DNA of 63,008 bases, counting the filler, from Asterionella formosa (Eukaryota): NCBI GenBank assembly GCA_002256025.1. It is 22 parts of 22 records of this genome, joined end to end, with 100 filler letters (N's around TTAATTAATTAA, not from the genome) between each part and the next. Parts side by side here need not be neighbours in the genome. Positions count along the whole stretch, not along the records: positions 1,737 to 28,361 come from NKIB01001668.1; 21 more parts are not named here. One strand, given 5' to 3'. Shown one piece after another: positions 12,300 to 24,307 of the stretch (position 1 is the first letter of the stretch; every line of letters starts with the position of its first letter). The notes below the pieces were generated by a model, which made no database searches, was not told where the DNA came from, and was given only the letters and a program-made list of their open reading frames with translations. The position numbers were made by a program, and so were the translations under genes.

Positions 12300-15200
12300 G
12301 GTAGCCAGCATACTAGCGCTTCCTGGCATGCCAAGCCTGGGTTTTTATGGGTAAAACTTTCCAGCAGCGGATCATCCCAACAGGTGTGTTGACGCTCGGT
12401 GCTTGTATGCAAGGAGAATGAGGTGGATACACTCTCTCTAATGAGAGTAAGGGAATTTCATTTGGTGCTGTGAATTTTCTTTTATGCCATTCTTTAACCT
12501 CGGTTCAGCGGGCAAAGAAAGTTGTGAGCTTTGTTTGAGTTCGAGAGGGAGTGAATTGCCCCACTTGGGGGTGTGGACGATGGTCACTTGATTCTCTTCG
12601 ACTTCTGTTTTAAAACTGGTTCAAATATCGTTGACAACTTTTTGCCATCCTAGCTGAATCCTCATATAGGAAGGCTGCTTTTTCCAGAAATCTCCTTTTG
12701 GTGCCCAATCTGGCCCTAAGTAAATCCTGGAGAGGTTGGGTGAACAGGTGAACCTCCCTGGTACTAATAAAGTGCCGGTTACAATAGTATTTTTGGATAT
12801 TTACGTCCATTTCAGATTGGGCTATGGTCGCATTTTTGTCTTTATGTAAGGCATGATTCCGTTCCTCCCATGCTATGGATGCTAACCCCCACAATTGTGA
12901 GATCACCACCATTGTCCATTTCTGTGCCTGAGCCAATGTGATGTCTTGGTCAAGAGCTGTGAGCATGGCCTCGCTCCATGTCTTTGTCAGGTATCCCCTG
13001 AGGGTCAAAACCTTGCCGATTTGCTGTTGGTTAGACACCGCCTTTATGATTGCCAAGTAGTTCCTGATGAATTGTTTCCAGGGGGAATGGCGAATGCAGA
13101 GGACTGGTTGCTTAGCAAATGATGTATGTAGGCCACGAAAACTTGAGTGATGTGGTGTCCTCCTGGCACTTTGCGAAGCTGAGAATCAAAGAACGTCATT
13201 CTGTCTTTGTACTTAATTTTTGAATTGTTACAGGTGAGAAGATGCTCTGTGGTTTCAAAATCTATTCAATGAGGACAGGATGTGCTCCCTTTGGAGATGA
13301 GAGCGCGTCTTGAGCCTGTTGGTAACCAGCCATGGATGAACTTTGGCTTTAAATGCTTGAGAAAATGCACCCAATGAAAATTTGAGTAGGAAGACTCTAT
13401 ACTAGTTTTCTGAGAAGAATGTCTTGCACAGATTTTTTGTATCGCAACTCTCACTCTCTAAGAAGTTTCGCTGTGTATTCTTGTGTTTCCAATAAGCACG
13501 CTGGCTCTCATTTGTGGAAAATTTGGTGTATTTAGATGCGGATAGCCGGTTTGACCTCTGGGGTGCATCAAGAGATATTGCTCCGCCAGAGCATCCGCTC
13601 TTACATTTAGTTTCGCTGACAACGAGAGTCCCTCTATGTCGCTAGATGTGTTTTGATGCGATCTTACCCAATCCACTTTCATTTCAATTGGTGTTCTACC
13701 AACCAGCTCTAGAAGTTTTACCCCTTGAAATGTCGTCCTTGATAGCCTGGACCTGTTTGATCGCCACAGCGCTATCACTCCAGATATACAGAGTCCTCGA
13801 TGTATTCACTGCATGATACTTAATGAGTTCTGCAAAGAACCGCAAAACTGAGGCAATTGCAAATAGCTCAGCTCGTGTAGAGCGGTTTCCCTCTGGCTCT
13901 CCATCAACCGGGCCTGAGCAAAAACTGTTTCCCATGGAATATTCGTATTTCCACTCTTCAGACGTAATGACCACGTGTAGGAGGATGTCCCCTCCTTAAG
14001 TGAGCAGTCTGTTCCCACTTGGGACGGAAGTCCCAGTTTCAGGTGGCGTATTAGCCTCGATTTTGTTGCGGTCGTATATTTTAGGGAGTGTGTCAATCTT
14101 TGAAAGTATATTGGGAATGTAACTAGATGATTTTGAAACATGGTTGGTGAAGAGATAACATGTGCGCCATCTGTTGTAAGTGTTTGTCTGTCTTTAGCCT
14201 TCCAATTTGGAGTAACATCGCAGGGACAAACCCCCTTTTCTGGCAATTTACGAGTAGTTGCAGTCCCCTCTGAATGGTACATGGTTGACCGTCACGATGT
14301 TTTTATAGGTCTATGGAGTAGCCATTTTCCTATGGTTTGATGCCAAAGTTGTTTTGTTGACACTGAGTAATAGTATTTCCACCTTTGTGCTGGTGGACCT
14401 GTCCATTTTCCCAGACGTTGGTGAAGGTATAGTGCATCCGATGTCTTGGTCTTCAATAAGCATTTGTTTAGAGATGCTTTCCAGTCTGCTTTTTGCTGGT
14501 CTGTAGGTTCAGGTTGGTTTGGCCAGAGAAGCAGAGATTTTCTGTCCTTTAATTTCTTGCATTTGAAAATTTCTGGTCGTAAGCACAACCCGTCTGCAGT
14601 GGCTACATCAGCGACCGTGGCAATTTGTAGAAATATCCAAGAACAGTTGAGATGGAACAATTTGAAATTGCTAGTATTCGACTCCGAAAATATCTATATC
14701 AGAGCTCTATCATGTTGGCTTTGGGATGCCTGTGTCCAGGCATTGGTGTTTTCCAGCCGTAAATCATGTTGTGCCATGAATTGCCTTATATTTGTGATCC
14801 AGGTTGTCGTGAGATATGGTATCTTAATGCCAAGATGCATCATAATATCTTCGATTCTTCCAGATTCAAGTTGAGAGGCTCTTATCGATATTCTAATCAT
14901 ATTAGAGATGCTGTCTTGCGCATCCCAATGCTGCTGGAGATTAGCAAGACCCCATATGCCCTGTTCGACTATGAGATTAACCATATTCAACCCCCCGCAG
15001 GACAGGGTACCATATACAAGTACCTTTGGGAACTTTTGGTTGTACCCCCCCATCTTACTGAGAGATGCCTGTCTGGCATGTTTTTGAATGCTTTCAAGCG
15101 ATTTTAATGATAGACCCATCTTACTGAGAGATGCCTGTCTGGCATTTTTTGAATGCTTTCAAGCGATTTTAATGATATACTAGTGATTGGAAGCGAGTAG

Positions 15201-18200
15201 GGTTGTTGGGGAGCCCAAATAATCCTATGGGATAAATTTGCGTCACAGTGGCGGTGACGATGTGACATTGTTAGCCTTGCATATGTATCACTTTTCTTTG
15301 TCATCCTGCTAATGTCTTCTTCCCAGTTGTTCTTAAAAGGTACCATTACTCCAAGTATTTTTGAACTGATTTTCACTGATTTGTTGCGAATCACTACAGG
15401 GGGGGAGGGGCTCCCCGAGGCAAATAGTAGATTTTGCCATAGTTGAGCACACTTCTCCAAGAGTTGAAGCATTGTGAGGGCTGACAAAGATGCCTCTTTT
15501 GGATAGTCTGTGATACCAATTGAGGTGTCATCAACAAAAGCATCCATGCTCAGTTCTGATGCTATGCTTCCGGTTGGATCCATAAACTTCATTCTTTTTG
15601 GAGCCAAGCTATTTGCAGTAGGCCTGGATAATAACTATGCACATGGTAAGCCACATGGCTGGGGAAGCCCCACTACCCTGACATGTGCCCGCTAGTGGCT
15701 GAGTATCCTCTGTGCCACTGTAGTGCTTATCGGAGATTCCATATATTGTTTTCACTGTATACTTTATTTGCCTTAATGTTTCTGAGTGTGCCATGACTGC
15801 TGACGTAGGCATTCCCAATCGTCATGCGCATACCATTGTCATTGTCGAAAATCGCCATATTTAATCTATACTGACGAGAAATATCGTAGCTGAGCAATTT
15901 TTTTGATAATAAGTCCATAGTTCCTCTGTGTTTTCTGGAGCCTTGCATGTCATCTCCCAGCTGGCCATGATCTTCTGCGTGCCCAACCAATCTGCAGCCC
16001 CAGATCAGCTTAAGAAACATATTGTAATCTGCCTCAAACAGATGTATGATTCTCAGTCTCGAAAGTTTTGGGCTGCCAGGATCCTTTTCAAACAGGACCG
16101 ATACCGCGTTTTGCCATATTCTTGCGACAAACCCATGTTTAATGGGGATATTTAGCGTCAATTGATAGCCTCTTGTTATTTCGGTATCTGTAAGTGCCAC
16201 TTTATAGTGACCTAAGTGACGACCACTTGGAGATGTTGATGTAGTTTCCTTCCAGCCCCACCTACCTTTTCGAAAATCCTGTTGTGATATACAAATATTG
16301 ACAGGGAGAACATTTCGCATACCATCTGGAATTGCCATTGCTGTAACTAATTAGACCATGCCTGGATGGCATTCCTCGTCAACATTTTCGAAAAGGGTCC
16401 CTTCCAAAATTTGTGATGCTGCCTTAGATACGCCATTAAATCCAAGCAGAGCTTACATGGTGCCATGGCAAAATTTAGATTGTGACACTTTTCTGTACTG
16501 CTGGTGGCAGTGTTGCAACAAAGTTTATCAGATTCAAATTCAGTGGTCCAAGTGAGTGATGTACCATCACTATTCTGTACTGCTATGAGTACCTTGGATA
16601 ACGGTCCACCAGTCCTTGGCCGAAAAACTCGATTAAGACATTTAAAACTATCCTTCTTTCTGCACGCAAGATGGCCTTTAAAATCCTTACTTTCTTCTTA
16701 GATTCCTCTGATCGCTGGCCAGTCGAATCTGCAATGTCTTTTTCGATATCTAGTTGTCTAAACTTGAGAGATTCATGTTGTGCCTGACGTAGAGCTTTTC
16801 GAGCTCCCAAATTTTTCTCCTTTATCTGAGTCTCAGACAGATCAGCCTCTGAATCTTCAAGCTCCACGATTTCCCGCATCACCTGTAGTCCTTCGTCCTG
16901 GTGGTTAGCGTATTGAAGCAGCTTTAGGCCTTTTTTCCAATACTGATAGGCAGATGCTCGCCTTCGTAGCTCTTTAGACCAAGACTATTTCTCCATTAGA
17001 CATCTTACCGCCTTTTCCCCGAGTTTCATCGCTCTGCCAATGTCTGCATCGATGATTACCCATTCGTTCTCAATTTTTTCTTTAGTCCAAGTTTCCCGAG
17101 AATGTAGGGCTTTGATTCTTTTAAATATATTATGACTGGTCCAATATGATTTCACTGCCTGAAGATATTTCTGACTTGACTTTGGATTGGAAGATATTAA
17201 AGTTCTATGACGAGCCGATACCACTTCCTCCAGAACACCCCAAAACAGCCGGGAGGCCTCAAAATCGATGTACATGCCACAGTGGTCCGCCTGAATGAAA
17301 TGATAAAAGGGTAAATATCCCCTCTTGTCATCGAATTTCTAACCTGTAGACTAGCAAACATATGATCAATTGTTTTGGTACCTCTGTCATTTGTTGTTGG
17401 ATTTGCTTTCCCTGGGTGAAGTGCCTCCATTAAATTAAATAGTGAGCAATCATGAAGAAGATTGACAATGCCTCTATTTGTTGGACTCGTTTCCTCATTT
17501 GCATCCATCATGAGAATTATTTACCTTCCCAAGGTTTGTTGATCCTGAATAAATAGTGTCATATCTGAAATAAACTGCTGTTTCGGATTTGGTGCCGGAT
17601 GACCCTGGTTAGACATCACCATGTGTTCTTGATGATATGTTGTGAATTCTCCATGCTTTGGCCTGCCTGGAAACCTGTGATACTCTGTGTGCCGTAATCA
17701 CTGTTATGACCACATTGTTTTTTCTTTGAGTAGAAGGTAGCTCCAACGGCTCATGCCTGTCTTGTCCATGCCAGAGTCATGATCTGCTTGACCACACCAT
17801 TTTCCGATTACCGCCGTGACCGTGTCCCCTGGTTTATAATTAGAAACTGAGGGAATGGAGCTGGTTGAAAAGGAACCTTTTGCAGTTTAAATGTCCTCAC
17901 CGATCTTTCTCTGTATTCCATTTTTGTTTCTAGATTCAGCCAATTTGTCTTTGTTTCTGACCATCCATAAAGACCCACTTGGTAGTTTTTTCATTGTTTC
18001 CATACAAAATTGTAAGTCCATTGCCGTTCTTTGAAGGTGTTAGCCACATATGTTTTGAAAATATACTCTAAAAGTATTGTCTTGGTTGTCATGCATGACG
18101 TCTCCCCAGGGTTCCTGCTGAGAGAATGTGGTATTTCTTGGTATAAAATTTTGTTTCATATTTTTGTAGCTCTGAGTATGTGTTTGAGTTGTTGTGCTTG

Positions 18201-19700
18201 TTGGTAATTTTTTTCCTTGTTGCTGTTCCGCATTGGGGGATGATGTGTACAAAAAGTGTGCATTGTCTACTTGGTCGACCGCTGTAGACTGAAGTACTGG
18301 ACTAGTAATGTTGCGTTGCGCTAACATTTATCAGTTTTCGATAGATTATTTGGACTTTGATAATTTTGCTTTGTTTCAATGTTACTTGACTGGTTCATTG
18401 AGACAATCTCGTCGACTTGAGATTGGATCGATGAATAGTCACTCCTTTCGAGAGTTGCCACCAAAACAGATTGAGAGCTGGATTCCTCAATCTCCATATT
18501 ACCAGACTCTGGTACCGGAACTCCGTAGATTTCTTCGTCTTCCTCCATATCATCCAAAACTGAGTACCTAGACAGTGATAGAGGACTTTCGACATTAGCA
18601 GGGAGTGTACCTGGGCTGGTACCCTTTCTTTTCCTGCCCTTCGGAATATGCCAGGCATTGACTGGTTCCATTTGTCGAGATGCCCAAGACAAGGATGTTT
18701 GCGCTGTCGTAAAATTTCCCGCTACAGCTCCAGAATTCTCCGGATTTGGTGGGGGAGTTTCCTGTTGACTCATATCAAAAGTCTGCATAAGGTGTTGATC
18801 CTCTTCTGGAGGCAATCGAGAGGATTTGAATCCTGGAAGGATACCTTGTGTAACCAAGGCATGCACAAGAGTATCCACTGTACTGTTTGTGCACATAACT
18901 TGTGATACCAGCTTGTCCACAGTTTCTGGGTCTTTTGTGACTGGAGAGACGCCATTTCTTGCAGAGAGAGTAGCTGGTTGAGAGTAACATCAAGTCGCTG
19001 CATCGCTGTGTCTGTCTGGTTTTGACGGTTTAATAGTTCCGTAAGATGGTCCTCCAGCCTTTTTGTACGGAACTCTGTATTCTGAGTTGAATCTGCTGTC
19101 AGAGCAGTACCCTGTGATGAGGAGCCAGCTGTTGCAGTTTGAGCCCAGGATTTTATTGGCTTTTTTACCTCTGTAGTTGTGGAAACATCCAATGTATCTG
19201 AATTCCCAGGGACACTCCTTGTTGGAACCATGATTGGTAGCTTCTTGAACCTTGTTAGAAGGGCTGCAACTGCTTGCTTATCTTTTAGCGTGGTAGCTCC
19301 ACCGAGTGGGACCTGCTTTATCGAAAAAGATTATGGGGTATTTCTGTTATATTCTTTTAAGATAAGACAATTGAATTCTTTGGCTCTCAAGTATGCTGCT
19401 TGTTCATGATCTTTCGGGAAGATCATGATAGCAGGTTTGCCATTTGCTGCATAGTCAGCATTCAACATCAAGCAATTTCCTGATGCATCAACAGACTCTA
19501 ACATGAAGTTTCTAAATCTTGTGGTTTTTCCCTGTAAGCACAATGGGGTATCCACATCAGTGAACTTGTGCATCAATGTTGTCCTGCAAGTAGTGAGAAG
19601 CCATGCTTGCATGGAATAGTATTGCGCAATTGATTCATAGCCCTCTTTGTTGCAAAGTTTAGTGCAATGCCCCAGTCACTGTCATTTTCTTTTTTTCAGA
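12300..19700 (-). mobile_element. Decayed non-LTR retrotransposon (ORF1 + APE-RT-RNaseH-CCHC), Ambal-like architecture
   Basis: APE: FRVYFQNICG, MMDANE, GTKTIDHMF (about 18100-17200). RT: TSTSPSGRHLGHYK, RLRIIHLFEADYN, QGSGASPAMW, AFVDD (about 16340-15100). RNase H: STRAELFAI, IWSDS, WVRSHQ, LNVRADALA (about 14020-13460). CPH...EHLLTC knuckle about 13280-13230. ORF1 fragments 19690-18321. Many stops and frameshifts; ends approximate. Confidence 0.92.
15049..15177. repeat. 64-bp tandem duplication inside the LINE RT region
   Basis: CCCATCTTACTGAGAGATGCC...TTTTAATGATA at 15049-15112 and again at 15115-15177. Confidence 0.95.
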
Positions 19701-20830
19701 CATTTGCCTCACTTTGATGTTTCCATTTTCAGACGAAATAATCATTTCGTCACTAACCTATGCAATTCTCGCCATATATATAGCAAATTAATAAGTATAC
19801 ATACTTATATATCTACACATCAGACATGTCAATGTCAGACAATATCAAAAATAAGTCACAAGAGAAGAACAATACTTCCTGATACTCTGTATGCGTAACA
19901 CCTAGTGCTTTCATACTTTTAATTTTATCTTTAATTGACTTCATCTCTTCTTTTACTTTCTTTTGCTCCATATAGCCCCTTCATCTTTCGCCCACCTCTG
20001 AAAATTAAATTAATAATTATAAATGGTTTGCTATCATGGTAATGGGAAATTTCTTTTTTTCGATTCATGAGTGATTGCATATAATTTCATGTACACACCA
20101 GGTAGACAGAGAGCATACCGGTATACCGGTTCTGTATGTATTAATACATATGTCTGCATGTGAATGTACCGCTGTATGTATTCCCGTACGTGTGCACTCA
20201 TTGGCGGGGGTCGACTATCATGTTCTCTGATCTCTGGCCTGTGCCCGCATCTGACGGAATCTATCTTGCTCTCCGGTAACCCCCCTTTTTTTCGGATTGG
20301 GGGAATGAGTTTGACCCTAAAATAGTTCCTGCCAAATCAAATTCTAGCATAATAGTGTTCAAAACGATCATGCCACGAATGAAAGATAACCGTTTTCCGA
20401 GCTAGTCAGATTTTAGCATAGGATCTACAGGCGTATAAATCCGAGATGTCCAAATCGTCATTTCGGCAATTTTACCGCAAGTTGCTGGTACGCTGGTACC
20501 TGGTACAGCCAACCTGTAACTATGTACCGGTATGCATAATACGTTCTACGTGGTACTCCGTGGTGCCCAACTGGTACGTGGTTGCCTGACTCCTTCCTTC
20601 TCTTCCTGGCCTCATGTAAGAGGTAGCAGCCAAGCATGAGGAAAAGCCGAATTTCCTCCTCGTCGCTCATTGGCCAATTCACGACACGCACCAGGCATTC
20701 TCGCTTGCTTGTCACCACTCTGCTCCTGATCCGTTCACTCAGTTCATTCAGTGTTGCTGTTGCCTCATAATTGATCGTAAACATACCGGCATATCTGTTC
20801 AGTTCTCCAGACAAAAAACTCAAGACCAAC

Positions 20831-23335
20831 ATGACGACAGTTAGGATGTTCACGCAAAAGACGCAGTACACTCGCGCTAACATTGAGGCGTTCGAAGCAA
20901 CGGTACGTTAGCTTCCATGCGACTGCAGGGCTAATTCTGAACGGTTTTCGTTCTTTTATTCGAACTAACTCGACTTCCTCGCCCTCTACAAGTAGATGGG
21001 ACATGGTTTCATGTCGGCTGGTGGCCTCGAAACAACCATTGAAACTGCAAAGGTTCTTACTAATGTTCTCAAACGATCCGGTGGGGCTAAGATCCTCGAT
21101 GTTGGGTGTGGTATTGGCGGTCCTGCCTTTTTCTTTGCCTCTGAATATGGAGCTCACGTCCACGGTGTCGACATCAACCCCGTCGGCATCGAAATGGCCA
21201 AGGCAAATTACTACAACCAAGAATGCAAGGGGAGCGTCAAATTTAGTGTTCTGGACGTGAACAGTGCGGATTTTCCGGAGGAGTCCTTCGACATAATCTA
21301 TTCTCGCGACGCTATGTTGCACTTTCCCAACGACATCAAATTGATCCTCTTTCGAAAGTTTCTTAAGTGGCTCACGCCCGGAGGCAAGGTCTGCATTACT
21401 GATTACTGTATCGGTCCCAAGTCAGCCGAGAAAATGGACCCTGACTTTGCAGCCTACATTGAGGACAGAGGATACTATCTGTTCACCCCTGAAGACTATA
21501 AAAAGTGCTTTGTCAACGCTGGTTTTCATGATGACCAGGTCGTATCAACTGGCAGGCCGCACTGGTATTGCTCCATTTGCCAAATTGAGCTGGACCATGT
21601 ACAGCTACCCGGTCCAGGCAGAGACAAGTTTCTCGAAACTTCTACAGAAGAAGACATCGCAAAGCTGATCAAGACTTACAATGATAAGATACAAATGACA
21701 CTAAGAGGAGATCGATCCTTTGTTATCATTCATGCCACCAAGACCAAGCCTTATAATGATCTTCGCCAGGCCATTGTAGAAGCTTACAAAAAGCTCAGTG
21801 TTGACGGATACATTATGAGCTGTGATGGCAATGTCTCGGCACGCGCTGACAAGGATACATTCTTGGTCACACCATCCGGTGTCCAAATTCCCGATCTCAC
21901 AGCTGAAAAAATTGTGCTCTGTACTAATGATGGAAAACTTTGTCCCGGCGAATCGTTCAAGCCATCATCGGAAGCAAACCTGCACGACGCCATTTACCGA
22001 ACTCGCCCTGATGTTGGCGGCATTGTGCACTCTCATTCCATCTTTGTATGTGCCTTGGCATGTTGTCGTCTTCCCCTCCCCCCTTCGCATTACGCGGTTT
22101 GTGAGCTTCTGCAAGACTTTGACTTTTCGTCTTCTTCGGGAGGCTCTACCAAGATTAACACAGACGATGCCACTGTTAAGTGTGCTTCTTACCATACTTA
22201 CGGGACGAAAGCACTTAGCCATGCTTCTCTCCACGCGTTAGGAAATAACAAGGCCGTCTTGCTTGCAAATCACGGTGCTGTTGTTGTCGGTGATAGTCTA
22301 GAAGGTGCTATGTACAATGCCGTGCGCTTGGAACGTGAATGTGAGATTTATTGGCGCAGTCTCCAAATGGCACACGTCGGACCGCCTCAGCCTTTGTCTG
22401 TCACTGATATTAAAAATCTGAAAAAGGTAGATGCTGGATATGGACAGGGCAAGGAGTCTACTGATGATGAGGAGCTCGAAAAAACGACAATCGAGGAAAT
22501 GAGTGCGTCACCACCTGAAGCAACATCTTCCGAGACATCCAGCGAAGAATCCTATGTTGAGATCAAGCGCGAAGGTGGGACTTCCATTGCAGGGCGATGT
22601 GCTCTGGTTACAGGTGCTAGTTCTGGCATCGGCAAGGCAATTGCTTATGCTCTTGCTGCTAGAGGTGTAAATGTATGTTTGGCTGCTCGCCGTCTTGATA
22701 GGATCGACGAATTGGCCACGGAATTGACCGCAAACTACCAGGTCAAGGCCGTGGCTGTGGCTACTGATGTAACTGTCTTTGACAGTGTAACGGCTGCAGT
22801 CCAAAATGCAGAAACTGAATTTGGGGCTCCGCTTGATATGCTTGTAAATTGTGCCGGAGTAATGCACTACACTTACATGAAGAACGTCAAGGTCGATGAA
22901 TGGACTCAGACCATTGATGTGAACTGCAAGGGTGTTACCAATTGCTTGGCTGCTGCCCTTCCTTCAATCTTGGGAACTGGACACGGGCATATCATTAACA
23001 TTTCCTCTGATGCTGGGCGCGTTGTTTTTCCTGGCCTTTCAGTCTATTCGGGAACGAAATTCTTCGTGGAAGCCTTAACCAAGGGCCTTCGTTTGGAATG
23101 CGCCGTTTCACATGGATTGAAGGTTACGTCGATCCAGCCTGGTGATTGCAACACAGAAATTTCAATGAGAGATTCGGACATGGAGGCAAAGGAGGCGTGC
23201 GCGCAATCCGACAAGACACGTATGTACTGGTTGGATCCCTCGGATGTATCTGATGCGGTCATTTATGCTGTTACACAGCCACCTCATGTTGCCATTCAAG
23301 AGCTGATGATTGAGCCAAAGCATGCCCCCGCATAA
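20831..23335 (+). CDS. Three-domain fusion: phosphoethanolamine-N-methyltransferase-like domain + class II (FucA/Ald2-type) aldolase + NADP(H) SDR; join(20831..20902,20996..23335), 803 aa
   Basis: Exon 1 MTTVRMFTQKTQYTRANIEAFEAT, then a phase-0 intron GTACGT...CTAAC...TAG (20903-20995). MT motifs: ILDVGCGIGG, FDIIYSRDAMLH, KWLTPGGKVCITDYC. Aldolase motifs: GNVSAR, TPSG, KPSSE, HSHS, LANHG. SDR motifs: TGASSGIG, AARR, ISSDAG, YSGTK. No disruptions. Confidence 0.93.
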
Positions 23336-24307
23336 GGGAAGAAAAAGGGAGTGTCAAACTCCTTATCTTGTTACTTTTATGATAGGTTAAACTAACTTCA
23401 ATGTTATCGTTTTCACTTCCTCCAGCAGCTGATTCCTCCAACAGTTTTCTATTCATTTTCAGGATGCGATTTCACAGAGAGAAATTCAGGACTAGCGCCG
23501 TTTGCAGGGATTGCATGGCCCGCATAACTCTACGCCAAGAAGAAAGTTTCGCACTCCTCTCTTGGCAAGACCTTCCACAGCGTCCTCGAGTCAAGTGGTG
23601 CCGTATTTGAAAACACGAGCAGAAAGCCAACAACTGCAAGGGTTTGTGTCTGGAACTGCAAAAAGTGTTGCATTTTTGAATTCCAAATAAATTTGTTAAG
23701 TAATGATTGCTTTCGAGTGCTCTTGTCCTTGGGTATTCTCATGTTTCTACGGCCTTTCGCGATGCTATCGTTTGCTAACATATTTGGATACGTACACGAC
23801 CATGCTAGTGACTGGCTATATAGTATATTTCTGTCTAATGTAACTATACTAAATCCAGTGTAGGAACATGTTGAAGCTTTTAACTCATATTGGCTATGAA
23901 TGGCAAAAATAATGAAGAAACCACGAAGCTATCACGTGGTACATAATGAACAAGATTTCTATTAGCTATTTCCAGCGTTGCAGTTCATGGATGGACAGCA
24001 AGTCATCAAAAAGTAGGATCATGAGTCCAAGCATTTAGTAATAATTTTCAGTCGATGAACCAGACCTTGGAAAGCCATTCGGTAGAGGAAATAATTTAAT
24101 GCCAAAAGATAGTTCGAATACTCAATGGCAATTAAATGCCAAGTAAATCAGATAGACAAACGATGAGCTGCTGTATTAATTCAAGCACAGTGACTGGTGG
24201 CTGCCATTTGGTGGGGAGGAAGTTTTCGAGAGGACTATGACGAAATTATCAACGGGTTGCACGCTGCTGCTGCTTGCATTTACAATCGATGAACTAGGGA
24301 ACTCAAC

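Noticed and set aside
20996..21745. Known DMSP synthesis methyltransferase (DSYB/DsyB type)
   Set aside because: The motifs are those of phosphobase methyltransferases, and there is no N-terminal dimerisation domain of the DsyB type.
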